Assembly: GCA_013239625.1 (NCBI GenBank)
Contig: MU053166.1
Coordinates: 62,001 to 126,000 of the forward strand
Direction of reading: 5' to 3'
DNA from: Lama guanicoe
Taxonomy: Eukaryota
Length of the DNA stretch: 64,000 nucleotides
The notes beneath the pieces are model-generated. The model was not told the DNA's origin, made no database searches, and saw only the letters and a list, made by a program, of their open reading frames with translations. Positions within the stretch are counted from its first letter, which is position 1. Every line of letters begins with the position of its first letter. Positions 13,251 through 24,707 of the stretch are shown piece by piece. The position numbers were made by a program, and so were the translations under genes.

Positions 13251-14349
13251 CTTACAGGACCACAGAGAATGATCTCTTTTATATAGCAACATCATGTGCT
13301 TATTACAGTTTCCAAAGAAAACTGAGTAACCAGTATGCTCCAATTGTACATGGGTATTAAGCATTTGTTTGTGTTCTAATGTTATTCTTCAAGTCTAATG
13401 TAGTTTGTTTTTACCTGAAATAAGAGTTATGCATATGAACGATATTAGCTAAGGGAGAGCCACCATGTTGTTCTTTGTTTTAAAAACTCTAATTGTATAT
13501 CTTTTACCCATTTTTTTTTTGTAAATGGAGTTATAGTGAAATTAATTCTCATAGATTTCGAGGATGTTTGAGTGAGGTGATTTTCCACTGAAAGAAAGTG
13601 ATAAACGGTGTTGCATAGAACTCTTAGGACAGTGAAAGACCTCAATGAAATTTTACGTTGATAGAGCGCCTCAGGGGGTCAACTTTCAAAGGTAAAATAT
13701 AGGGTCAGAAATTGATCCTTAGGGAAGCCAATCTTTAAAGTTTCATAAAGGTCAAAGCATTTCACCTCAAGGTTGTTTCTTAATGGCTGTTCTGGATGGA
13801 TCATTGTATAGTCAATTTGATTGATTGTGCCATTTGAGACACCTGAAAAAAGTCTGGCAAAAGCGGTCAATATGTTGGTTTCTTGTAGGTACAGCCTAGG
13901 GAAGCAAAATGTCCTTTTTCATGTAAAATTTTGTTTTGTAGTGGAAAATATTGGGGATCTGTAGTAATCATCTAAAAATATTGTAAATATTAATACAGTC
14001 AGCACATATATATGTGGACATATATACCTACACAGGCACACAATATTTGCTATTTGTCTTTCCAGGGCCTATTTTTGCATATCTACCTTTTTGCCTTAAT
14101 AATTTGATATTTATAATGCTGTACAGGTTAAGCATATTATTGTCTACATATTTTTGCAGCCAGTGAAATATTAGGTTTAAGGCCATGATAACAATAGCCC
14201 AACATCAGAGTATGTTTCTCCTTTTGCCTCTCTGGTTTTAGGATGACATAAAATCAGCTGAAAGAAAACAAAATGGAACCACGGAAAACAATCCTATCTG
14301 AAAGGCAGTCAGTGGTTGGCTTTCTTACTTCAACTTTTGTCCCTAACTA

Positions 14350-14560
14350 TTGAGAAATGTAAGTTGTATCCTTGCTTATAGCTAACTACTTAGTAACTAT
14401 GCAAGCCTCAACACATTGGCTAGTCTCTCAGAAATTCAGATTCTTCAGTTTAGCTGGTCGCTCCGTTTGTTGGCTGGGTTGCTAACTACACCCCCTTTAA
14501 TGGCTGTGAAACTTAAATGGGATGATCTAAGTAAAGCAGTTGGCACAGTGCCGGTCGTAT
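14350..14560 (+). mobile_element. MIR SINE remnant
   Basis: acttagtaactatg...ctcag...gtgaaacttaaatgggatgatctaagtaaagcagttggcacagtgcc. Confidence 0.6.
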
Positions 14561-14608
14561 ATTTGGGCTGGAAGAATTTTGTAACGACGAGGACTCTGCC
14601 GTCAGCGG

Positions 14609-14845
14609 NNNNNNNNNNNNNNNNNNNNNNNNNNNNNNNNNNNNNNNNNNNNNNNNNNNNNNNNNNNNNNNNNNNNNNNNNNNNNNNNNNNNNNNNNNNN
14701 NNNNNNNNNNNNNNNNNNNNNNNNNNNNNNNNNNNNNNNNNNNNNNNNNNNNNNNNNNNNNNNNNNNNNNNNNNNNNNNNNNNNNNNNNNNNNNNNNNNN
14801 NNNNNNNNNNNNNNNNNNNNNNNNNNNNNNNNNNNNNNNNNNNNN
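14609..14845. other. Assembly gap
   Basis: Run of N. Confidence 1.
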
Positions 14846-14974
14846 ATTTTACTCTCTCTCCCCATCTTTCTCCCTGTCTTTTGTTTTTCTTTTTCATTTG
14901 GAGGAAGCAGAAGTGTGTAGAATCAAATGTCCTGCACTGCACACACGTTAAATACAGATTCTGTTCTGTTGTCA

Positions 14975-15763
14975 NNNNNNNNNNNNNNNNNNNNNNNNNN
15001 NNNNNNNNNNNNNNNNNNNNNNNNNNNNNNNNNNNNNNNNNNNNNNNNNNNNNNNNNNNNNNNNNNNNNNNNNNNNNNNNNNNNNNNNNNNNNNNNNNNN
15101 NNNNNNNNNNNNNNNNNNNNNNNNNNNNNNNNNNNNNNNNNNNNNNNNNNNNNNNNNNNNNNNNNNNNNNNNNNNNNNNNNNNNNNNNNNNNNNNNNNNN
15201 NNNNNNNNNNNNNNNNNNNNNNNNNNNNNNNNNNNNNNNNNNNNNNNNNNNNNNNNNNNNNNNNNNNNNNNNNNNNNNNNNNNNNNNNNNNNNNNNNNNN
15301 NNNNNNNNNNNNNNNNNNNNNNNNNNNNNNNNNNNNNNNNNNNNNNNNNNNNNNNNNNNNNNNNNNNNNNNNNNNNNNNNNNNNNNNNNNNNNNNNNNNN
15401 NNNNNNNNNNNNNNNNNNNNNNNNNNNNNNNNNNNNNNNNNNNNNNNNNNNNNNNNNNNNNNNNNNNNNNNNNNNNNNNNNNNNNNNNNNNNNNNNNNNN
15501 NNNNNNNNNNNNNNNNNNNNNNNNNNNNNNNNNNNNNNNNNNNNNNNNNNNNNNNNNNNNNNNNNNNNNNNNNNNNNNNNNNNNNNNNNNNNNNNNNNNN
15601 NNNNNNNNNNNNNNNNNNNNNNNNNNNNNNNNNNNNNNNNNNNNNNNNNNNNNNNNNNNNNNNNNNNNNNNNNNNNNNNNNNNNNNNNNNNNNNNNNNNN
15701 NNNNNNNNNNNNNNNNNNNNNNNNNNNNNNNNNNNNNNNNNNNNNNNNNNNNNNNNNNNNNNN
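14975..15763. other. Assembly gap
   Basis: Run of N. Confidence 1.
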
Positions 15764-16574
15764 AGTCATTACTCTGTCATTTCTGAATCACTTTCTAATA
15801 GCTGGTTGTTTAGGGAATGTGTTCTTTCAGAACAAATTTTCTGTTCTATTACCAATGTAAAAAATAAAAAGATTAGCTTACTGTAGTATAGTTTCCTAAA
15901 ATTGAAAAAAAAATGGAATTTAGAAAGTCCTGGACATTAGAAAATAATTTGATGTAATTTAAAATATAGATTATTCACTTAAAAACACAGTGTATTTTCA
16001 TTAATATATAATGCATATGTACACACACACAAAGGCATGGAGTAGGTCACTTTAAAATAAACTTAATCAAAAAGATTTAATAAAAATGGGTGCATTAGAT
16101 TTGAAGTCCTTTGTAACTGGGAAGGATTTCTAATAGGCATTGATAAAAGTCAGGACATTCAGAGTAGAAAGGACAGCATTAATAAAAGGGCATGGAGATG
16201 GGAAGGAACTTTTGGAGCAGGTTAGCTAGAAAGACAAATTTGATTATATCAACAATTAAGTAAAATATTAGTAGTACGACTTTTTGGATAGATTATGGAG
16301 AGTCATGGATAGCAGGCTATGAATTCATTCTGTGGTGCACTTTATTCTGTAGGTAACAGAAATAATTGGAAATGGTATAGCAAAGACAAGGTGTGTTTAA
16401 AATGGTCTTAAGGAAATCGAAATCTTAAAGTAAGGTTACAATAAAGTGGGGAGGATCCATATCCAGTTAGGATCAGAGGCAGCATGTTATAAGCCATAAA
16501 GCATACTTTAAATTAGATAGACATTCAGATTTCAGCTCTGTTATTACCAGTTTTAAAACTGTAGAAACTTAACC

Positions 16575-18000
16575 CTTCAGTGTCTGGCTTATTTCACTTA
16601 GCGTAATGTCATCCAGGTCCATCCAGGTACAGATTCCAAGATTCCCTTCTTTTTTAAGGCTGAATAGTATTCCACTTTATGTATATACCACATTTTCTTT
16701 ATCCATGCCTTGGATATTTCCACAGTAGCTGCACCAATGGTGTCACTTACATGAGGAATCTAAAATAGTCAAACTCATGGAAACAAAGTAGATTTGTGGT
16801 TTTCAGGAATTGGGGAGGAGGATATGGGAAAGTATTAGTCAAAATGTGTAAAGTTTCAGTTATATCAGAAGAATAAATGCTAGAGATCTACTATATGGCA
16901 TAGTGCCTATAGTTAACAATACTGTATTATATACTTAAAATTTTGCTAAGATAGTAGGTCTTATGTTGTATTCTTTTTTTTTTTTCTTTCCAAAGTTTAT
17001 TTGAGTTCTTGGGTACATGATATGAAGTTGGGTCCACAGACCACAAACATTTTTCTTTTTTCCTATAAGAAGAGTCCTAACATTAAATGCTGGAATCCAG
17101 AATCAAATTTGTCTGAAGTCTTTATGCCTTCCCCCAAACATTCTTCCTTTTTATATATGGTCCCCTGGTTATTACAAGTTATGTGATAATAGCTATTGGC
17201 ATGCTTGGATTCAAGATAAAGAAAAGTAGGAGTAACCCTCAAACTTTCCACCCACAAAAGAATGTTCTAGCCCTCCAGCAAAATATTCTGTATCATGAAT
17301 GGGTTGAGGGGAAGGGATTTTTCTTTCCTTTTTTTTTAATAATTCAACTGCACATACACATTATATTGCATGTAAATACATATATACAGTATACTACACA
17401 TTTTTAGTTTACTTATATGTACTAATTATTGTTTCTAAGAACAGATTAGATCTTTAGCTTTTTAAACTTACATAGTTATCAAAGAAATAAAGCCAACTAC
17501 AAAATAAGAATCAACAGAATGTGGTAATCCAATCCATAAAGACAGTCAAATGTGCTTATGTATATTCAAGAAATCAAAATAATAATTAGTTCATTTGCAT
17601 CCTTAAGTTATTGTTTTTTTGATTCCTCATATAAATGATGTCATATGGCATTTTTCTTTCTCTTTCCAGCCCACTTCATTTAGAATAAGAATCTTCAGGT
17701 CCATCCATATTGCTGCAAATGGCATTAGTTTATTCTTTTTTTATGGCTGAGTAGTGTTCCATTGTATATATGTACCACATCTTCTTTATCCCGTCATCTG
17801 TTGATGGACATTTGGGTTGTTTCCATGTCTTGGCTATGTAAATAGTGCTGCTATGAACAGAGATGGTCGATATGTTTATGATATAGACTGTGGTGTTGGT
17901 TTCACAGGTTCATATTTAGCTCCAGACTCATCAAGTTGTGTACATTAAATATGCCCTGCTTTCTGTATGTCAATCACACCTTAATAAAGTAGTTTAAAAA
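16575..18000 (+). mobile_element. Old L1 3' end with 5' inversion, split by an insert at 16974-17859
   Basis: Antisense piece ~16575-16738, sense piece ~16739-16973; sense sequence resumes at 17860 and runs to aataaagtagtttaaaaa. Confidence 0.7.
16974..17859 (-). mobile_element. Composite retro-insert: L1 ORF2 end + unidentified segment + poly(A) + unique sequence + poly(A)
   Basis: Poly-T 16974-16985, TTTATT 16996-17001, second T-tract ~17317-17337, shared segment 17349-17554, antisense L1 ~17580-17859. Confidence 0.7.
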
Positions 18001-18699
18001 TCACACCAATTATTTAACTTTTCTGTGTGTTTATGTGTATTTTTTCCACCTCAGTCAAAAACAATTAGCTAATCCTGTTGAGTCTGCTGCGCAAATAATT
18101 TTTAAATCTGTTGGATGTCATAGCTCTATGCCTGCTGATTTCATTCAGCAATTCATTGCAGTCTAGTCTCTTGCTTCCTTTCCAGCCATAATGTTCCAGC
18201 ATTGATCTAGCCCCATACATACTGCTTTTATTTGTGGCTACTTAAATTTGTCTTTTAAAATTTGACAAACCCTTACTTTTGAGTGCCTTTCTTTCTTATC
18301 ACCTAGCTGACATTTTCTTTGTCTTTCAAATTATCAAACCAAAGTGGTATTTCCTCTGGGACCCTTTTCCACCTCTCTCTCTCCACCTGATGAGAAAATG
18401 AGATGTTTTGTCTTTTTACTGCTTATGGCCTCATGTGTACTCCTGTACGGAAGTGCTTCTCATGCTGCGTATAAATCTTTACATCAGTGTCTCTTAAACT
18501 CTTTAATAGAACTTTGTATTTATGTTGTTTGGCACACAGTAGACTTGAGTAGTTGTTGATTGGATAAAGAAATATTGATTGATCCCATCACGGAGTTGGG
18601 ATCATATAATATGGCTCCAACACGAAATAATTTAAAATCATCTTGACATTTGTTTCACCAACAGAATTGGATTTGAGTCTTATATGAGTGCAACAGTCA

Positions 18700-19090
18700 A
18701 CCTAGCTTTGCAATTTTGATAATTGATTTTTATGAAAGATTTGAATAAATCAGAAAGCATGGCCAAAGTACTTAAAGGGCTAACAGCTAGATTATTATGA
18801 GGAAAGAAAATGAGTTTGTATGGATCAGTTTAGAGATGAGAATGGTGTTAACCCACTGCAGCTATTTCTAAAGGTGATGATTAGTTTTTTTTTTTCCTTC
18901 TTGAGAAGAGACAGAATGGGAAAAACCTTAAATTATAGTAAGAGTTTGGATAGGCATTCAGAAGTGACCATTATGTATGTGTGGTTAAAAGGATAATAAG
19001 AATGTTTCATCTATGCCTGACTTTAAAGTAAGATGAAAAACCTAAAATTAAGGTAGTTGTCCGGATGGCTTTGAAACCATTCCTGACTCT
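18700..19090 (+). mobile_element. Possible L3/CR1 remnant
   Basis: ttatgaggaaag...cagtttagagatgagaa resembles the CR1 3' region; highly decayed. Confidence 0.35.
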
Positions 19091-19749
19091 AAAAATAAAC
19101 ATAATACAGAAGGTAAGAATTAAAGGATATGTTAATATATACATTTTTTTCTTGTAGTCAATTATAAAGAGATTATTTTGTACATATGACCCAGATCAAT
19201 AAACAATGGGCATATTATGCCCAAATTAAAGGTACTGTTCTCAGTTTAATTACTTACATATATAATAGATGGCTGTTAATTCTAAAAGCTGTTATTACAG
19301 ACAAGTTTGTAAAAATCAGTACTTTAAGAAACCAGAATGTAAACCCAATTGTCACATAGTACTTTTGAACTTAATTTTTTTATTGTTTGCACAAGTGTAC
19401 ATGCATTGAAAAATAATTGAATGCTAAAAAGACAGCAATGAAGTTATGTTTTCTTCCCACTGCTGTTCAGTTCTGTTCCCCTATAGTATACCTGTAGAAT
19501 CAAGTACAATCTCCTTATGGGAGCATACAAGGGTCTTTATATTCTTGTGTCTACTACCTTTCCCAGCTCATCCTCTTTTAATCTGTAATCTGTTTTCTCT
19601 TTAAGTGTATATACACACATACAAACATGCAGACAGACACACACACATTTAAACAGACATTTCCTGCACCTTGCTTTTTGACTTGATAAAATACTTGATA
19701 TAATTGGATATATAGATATTATGTAGTCATTTTTTTAAAGAAAATGAGT

Positions 19750-20993
19750 TATAAGCATAGATACACAGACCAATGGAACCAAACAGAGAGCCCAGATAAA
19801 CTCTTGTATATATGGTCAACTAATATTTAACAAGGGAAGCAAGAATACTCAGTGGGGAAAGGATGGTCTCTTTAAGAAATTATGGGATAACTAAATGACC
19901 TCACGCAGAAAAATGAAATTAGATTCCTATCTTACAGTACTCATTACAATTAGCTCAAAGTGGATTAAAACTTAATTTAAACATTGGAACTGAACCCATA
20001 AGACTCCCAGAAAAAAAAAAGTAGAAAAACACCTTTGACATTAGCTTTGGCAACAATATTTTTGGATATGACACCAAAAGCACATGCATCAAAGGCAAAT
20101 ATGAACCGTTGGGACTAAATCAAACTAAAAAGCTTACACAGAGGAAAAAAACAATTAAACTGAAAAGGCAACCTATTGATTTTTAATCAATCTGATTAAT
20201 AATGGACAGAGGAACTGAATAGACATTTTTCCAAAGAAGACATACAAATGGCTAATAGTTAAATGAAAAGGATGCTCAGCATCACTAATCATCAAGAAAA
20301 TGCAAATCAAAATCACAGTATCACCTCACACCTGTTAGAATGACTCTGATAAAAAAAGACGAGAGAAGAACAATGTTGGTGAGGGTATGGAGAACAGGGA
20401 ACCTTTGTGCACTGCTGGTGGAAATATAAACTGGTACAGCCACTGTGGAAACAGATGGAGGTTCCTCAAAAAATTTAAAAATAGAACTACCATATAATCC
20501 ATCAATCCCACTTCTGGGGACACACCCAGAGGACATGAAAAGAGGATCTCAAAAAGATACCTGCACTTCCATGTTCATTGCAGCATTATTCACAGTAGTT
20601 AAGATATGACAAACTCTCAACAGATGAATTGGTAAATATGTGATATATAGAATGGTATATTATTCTATATTGAGAAAGAAGGAAATCCTGCCATTTGGGA
20701 AAACATGGATGGATCTTAAGGGCATTATGCTAAACAAGGTAAGTCAGATAGAGGAAGACTAACATTGTATGGTATCAATTATATGTGGAATCTAAGAAAG
20801 CCAAAGTTGTAGAAATAGAGAGTAGGATGGTGATTTTGAAGGGGCTGGATGGTGGGACAATAAGAGAGATGTTGGTTAAAGGGTACAAACTAGAAGATGA
20901 ATAAATTCTGGAGATCTAATACATGGCATTGTGAGTACAACCAATGATACGTTATTACATACTTTGAAGTTGCTAATAGACTAGATTTTTAAA
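19750..20993 (+). mobile_element. Older L1 (ORF2 3' part + 3'UTR); last ~170 bp resumes at 24492
   Basis: Sense L1 phrases (agacatttttccaaagaagacatacaaatggc, catgttcattgcagcattattcacag); breaks at gactagatttttaaa. Confidence 0.85.
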
Positions 20994-21000
20994 ATATGTA

Positions 21001-23395
21001 TTTTTTAATTGAAGTATAGTCAGTTTGCAATGTTGTGTCAATTTCTGGTGTACAGCATAATGATTCAGCCATACATGAACATACATTCATTTTCATATTC
21101 TTTTTCACTGTAAGTTACTACAAGATACTGAATACAGTTCCCTATGCCATACAGTATGAACTTGTTGTTTATCTATATTATATATATTAGTACCTGCAAA
21201 TCTCAAAGTCCCAATTTATCCCTTCCCACTCCCTTTCCCCCTGGTAATCAAGTTTGTTTTCTATGTCTATGACTATTTTTCTGTTTCAGAAATGTTCATT
21301 TGTCTCTTTTTTAGATGCCACATATAAATGGTACGCTATGGTATTTTTCTTTCTCTTTCTGGCTTACTTTTCTTAGAATGACAATCTCCACGTCCAACCA
21401 CATTGCTGCAAATGGCATTATTCTATTCATTGTGTCAATTTCTGGTGTACAGCATAATGATTCAGCCATACATGAACATACATTCATTTTCATATTCTTT
21501 TTCACTGTAAGTTACTACAAGATACTGAATACAGTTCCCTATGCCATACAGTATGAACTTGTTGTTTATCTATATTATATATATTAGTACCTGCAAATCT
21601 CAAAGTCCCAATTTATCCCTTCCCACTCCCTTTCCCCCTGGTAATCAAGTTTGTTTTCTATGTCTATGACTATTTTTCTGTTTCAGAAATGTTCATTTGT
21701 CTCTTTTTTAGATGCCACATATAAATGGTACGCTATGGTATTTTTCTTTCTCTTTCTGGCTTACTTTTCTTAGAATGACAATCTCCATGTCCAACCACAT
21801 TGCTGCAAATGGCATTATTCTATTCATTTTAATGGCTGAGTAGTATTCCATTGTATAAATATACCACAGCTTCATTATCCAGTCATCTGTCGATGGACAT
21901 TTAGGTTGCTTCCATGTCTTGGCTATTGTAAATAGGGCTGCTGTGAACATTGGGGTGCATGTATCTTTTTGAATTAGGTTCCCTTTGGATATATGCCCAA
22001 AAGTGGGATTGCTGGCTCATATGGCAAGTCTATTTTTAGTCTTTTGAGGAATCTCCATACTGTTTTCCATAATGGCTGCACCAAACTACATTCCCACCAA
22101 CAGTGTAGGAGGGTTCCCTTTTCTCCACACCTTCTCCAGTATTTGTTGTTTGTGGACTTTTGAGTGATGGCCATTCAGACTGGTGAGAGGTGATTACTTC
22201 ATTGTAGTTTTGATTTGCATTTCTCTGATTATTAGCGATATTGAGCATTTTTTCATGTGCCTATTGCCTGTTACTATGTCTTCATTGGAGAATTGCTTGT
22301 TTAGGTCTTCTGCCCATTTTTGGATTAGGTTTTTTTTTTATTATTTTTAAGTTGTATGAGCTGTTTATATGTTCTGGAGATTAAGCCCTTTTCAGTCTCA
22401 TCTTTTACAAATATTTTCTCCCATTCCATAAGCTGTCTTTTTGCTTATGGTTTCCTTTGTTATGCAAAAGCTTACAAGTTTAGTTAGGTCCCATTTGTTT
22501 ATTATTGCTTTTATTTGTATTGTCTGGGTAGACTGGCCTAGGAGAACATTGCTGAGATTTATGTTGGATAATGTTTTGCCTATATTTTCTTCTAAGAGAT
22601 TTATAGTGTCTTGTCTTATGCTTAAGTCTCTAAGGCATTTTGAGTGTATTTTTATGTATGATGTGACGGGGTATTCTAACTTCATTGATTTACATGCAGC
22701 TGTCCAGTTATCCCAACACCATTTGCTGAAGAGACTGTCTTTGCTCCATTGTATGTACTCGCCTCCTTTGTCAAAGATTAATTGACCAAAAGTTTGTGGA
22801 TATATTTATGCTCTCTCTTATGTTCCATTGATCATATGTCTATTTTTTTACCAGTACCATGCAATTTTGATTACTGTAGCTCTGTAGGATTGTCTGAAAT
22901 TTGGGAGGGTTATTCCTCCAGCTTCATTATTTTTCTTCAGTATTGCTTTGGCAATCCTGGGTCTTTTGTGATTCCATATACATTTAAGGATTATTTTTTC
23001 TAGTTTTGTGAAAAATGTCTTGGGAATTTGATAGTGTTTGCATTAAATTTGTACATTATTTTGGGTAGTATGGCCATTATAACAATGTTATTTCTTGCAA
23101 TCCAAGAACATGGGGTATCTTCTCATTTATTTACATCATCTTTAATTTCCTTAGTCAATGTTTTGTAGTTCTCCGCATACAATTCTTTTACTTCCTTGGT
23201 CAGATTTATTCCTAAATATTTTCGTCAGTTGGATGCAATTTTAAAAGGGATTGTTTCTTTCCTTTCCTTTCCTTATATTTCATTGTTAGTATAAAAAATT
23301 CAATTGATTTCTGTGTGTTAATCTTGTATCCTGCTACCTTGCTGAATTCTTTTATCAGCTCTAGTAGTTTTTGTGTGGAGCCTTTAGGGTTTTCT
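21001..23395 (-). mobile_element. Young 5'-truncated L1 (ORF2 3' part + 3'UTR)
   Basis: Minus-strand ORFs 21708-21950 (AALFTIAKTWKQPKCPS), 21974-22174 (HCWWEC) and 23212-23415 ([10 protein letters not shown]); T-run at left end; no TSD seen. Confidence 0.95.
21033..21827. repeat. 397-bp tandem duplication within L1 3' end
   Basis: ttgtgtcaatttctgg at 21033 and 21430; one mismatch noticed. Confidence 0.95.
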
Positions 23396-23396
23396 G

Positions 23397-24707
23397 TTGT
23401 AAAATAGAGTGACATGGAGTCATTTTTTTTAACATTTGTTATTGATTTATAATCATTTTACAATGTTGTGTCAAATTCCAGTGTAGAGCACAATTTTTCA
23501 GTTATACATGAACATATATATATATTCATTGTCACTTTTTTTCTCTGTGAGTTACCATAAGATCTTGTGTGTATTTCCCTGTGCTATACAGTATAATCTT
23601 GTTTATGTATTCTACAATTTTGAAATCCTGTCTATCCCTTCCCACCCTCCACCCCCTTGGCAACCACAAGTTTGTATTCTATGTCTATGAGTCTATTTCT
23701 GTTTTGTATTTATGCTTTTTTTTTTTTAGATTCCACATATGAGCCATCTCATATGGTATTTTTCTTTCTCTTTTTGGCTTACTTCACTTAGAATGACATT
23801 CTCCAGGAGCATCCATGTTGCTGCAAATGGCATTATGTTGTCGGTTTTTATGGCTGAGTGGTATTCCATTGTATAAGTATACCATATCTTCTTTTTTCCA
23901 GTCATCTGTTGATGGACATAAAATGCTCAACATCACTAATTATCAGAGAAATGCAAATCAGAACTACAGTGAGGTATTACCTCACACCAGTCGAATAGCC
24001 ATCATTCAAAAATCCACAAATGACAAATGCTGGAGAGGCTGTGGAGAAAAGAGAACTCTCCTACACTGCTACTGGGAATACAGTTTGGTGCAGCCACTGT
24101 GGAAAACAGTATGGAGATTCCTCAAAAGACTAGAAATAGACTTATGCTATGACCCAGGAATCCTGCTCCTGGGCATATATCCAGAAGGAACCCTACTTCA
24201 GGATGACACCTGCACCCCAGTGTTGATAGCAGCCCTATTTACAATAGCCAAGACATGGAAACATGGAGTCATTTTTTAATTTTATTTTTCTTATGTTTTT
24301 ATGAAGATACAATTGACATAACATTGTCTAAGTTTAAGGTGTACAATGTGTTGATTTAACATTTGAATTCACATTTATTATAGGATGGTACTACCATAGC
24401 ATCAGCTATCACCTCCATCACATCATGTAATTATTATTTCTTTTTTATGGTGGCAACATTTAAAATTTAGATTAGATTAGATTAGATTAGATTAAATGTT
24501 GCCACCACAGAAAGGAAATGATAATTATATATGATGGAGGTGTTAGCTGATGCTATATTAGTATCATCTTGTAATATATAAATATGTTAAATCAACACAT
24601 TGTACACCTTAAACTTAGGCAATGTTATCTCAATTGTGTCTTCATAAAAATAAAAGCATAGGAAAAATAAAATTCCAGAAATGACTCCATGTTATTCTAC
24701 TTTACAA
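23397..24707. repeat. Inverted duplication, ~217-bp arms, (TTAGA)5 spacer
   Basis: Left arm (23397-23428 plus 24278-24463) is the reverse complement of 24492-24707, with mismatches. Confidence 0.9.
23412..24277 (-). mobile_element. Young L1 with 5' inversion (twin priming), 17-bp TSD
   Basis: TSD acatggagtcatttttt at 23412-23428 and 24261-24277; antisense part to 23919, sense part 23920-24260. Confidence 0.92.

Noticed and set aside
14416..15886. Long ORFs of up to 456 aa
   Set aside because: They read through N gaps; artefacts.
21001..23395. Active L1 or functional ORF2
   Set aside because: 5'-truncated and broken by stops and frameshifts.
24467..24491. Telomere-like repeat
   Set aside because: The unit is TTAGA, not vertebrate TTAGGG; it is explained by slippage of the local L1 tagat motif.
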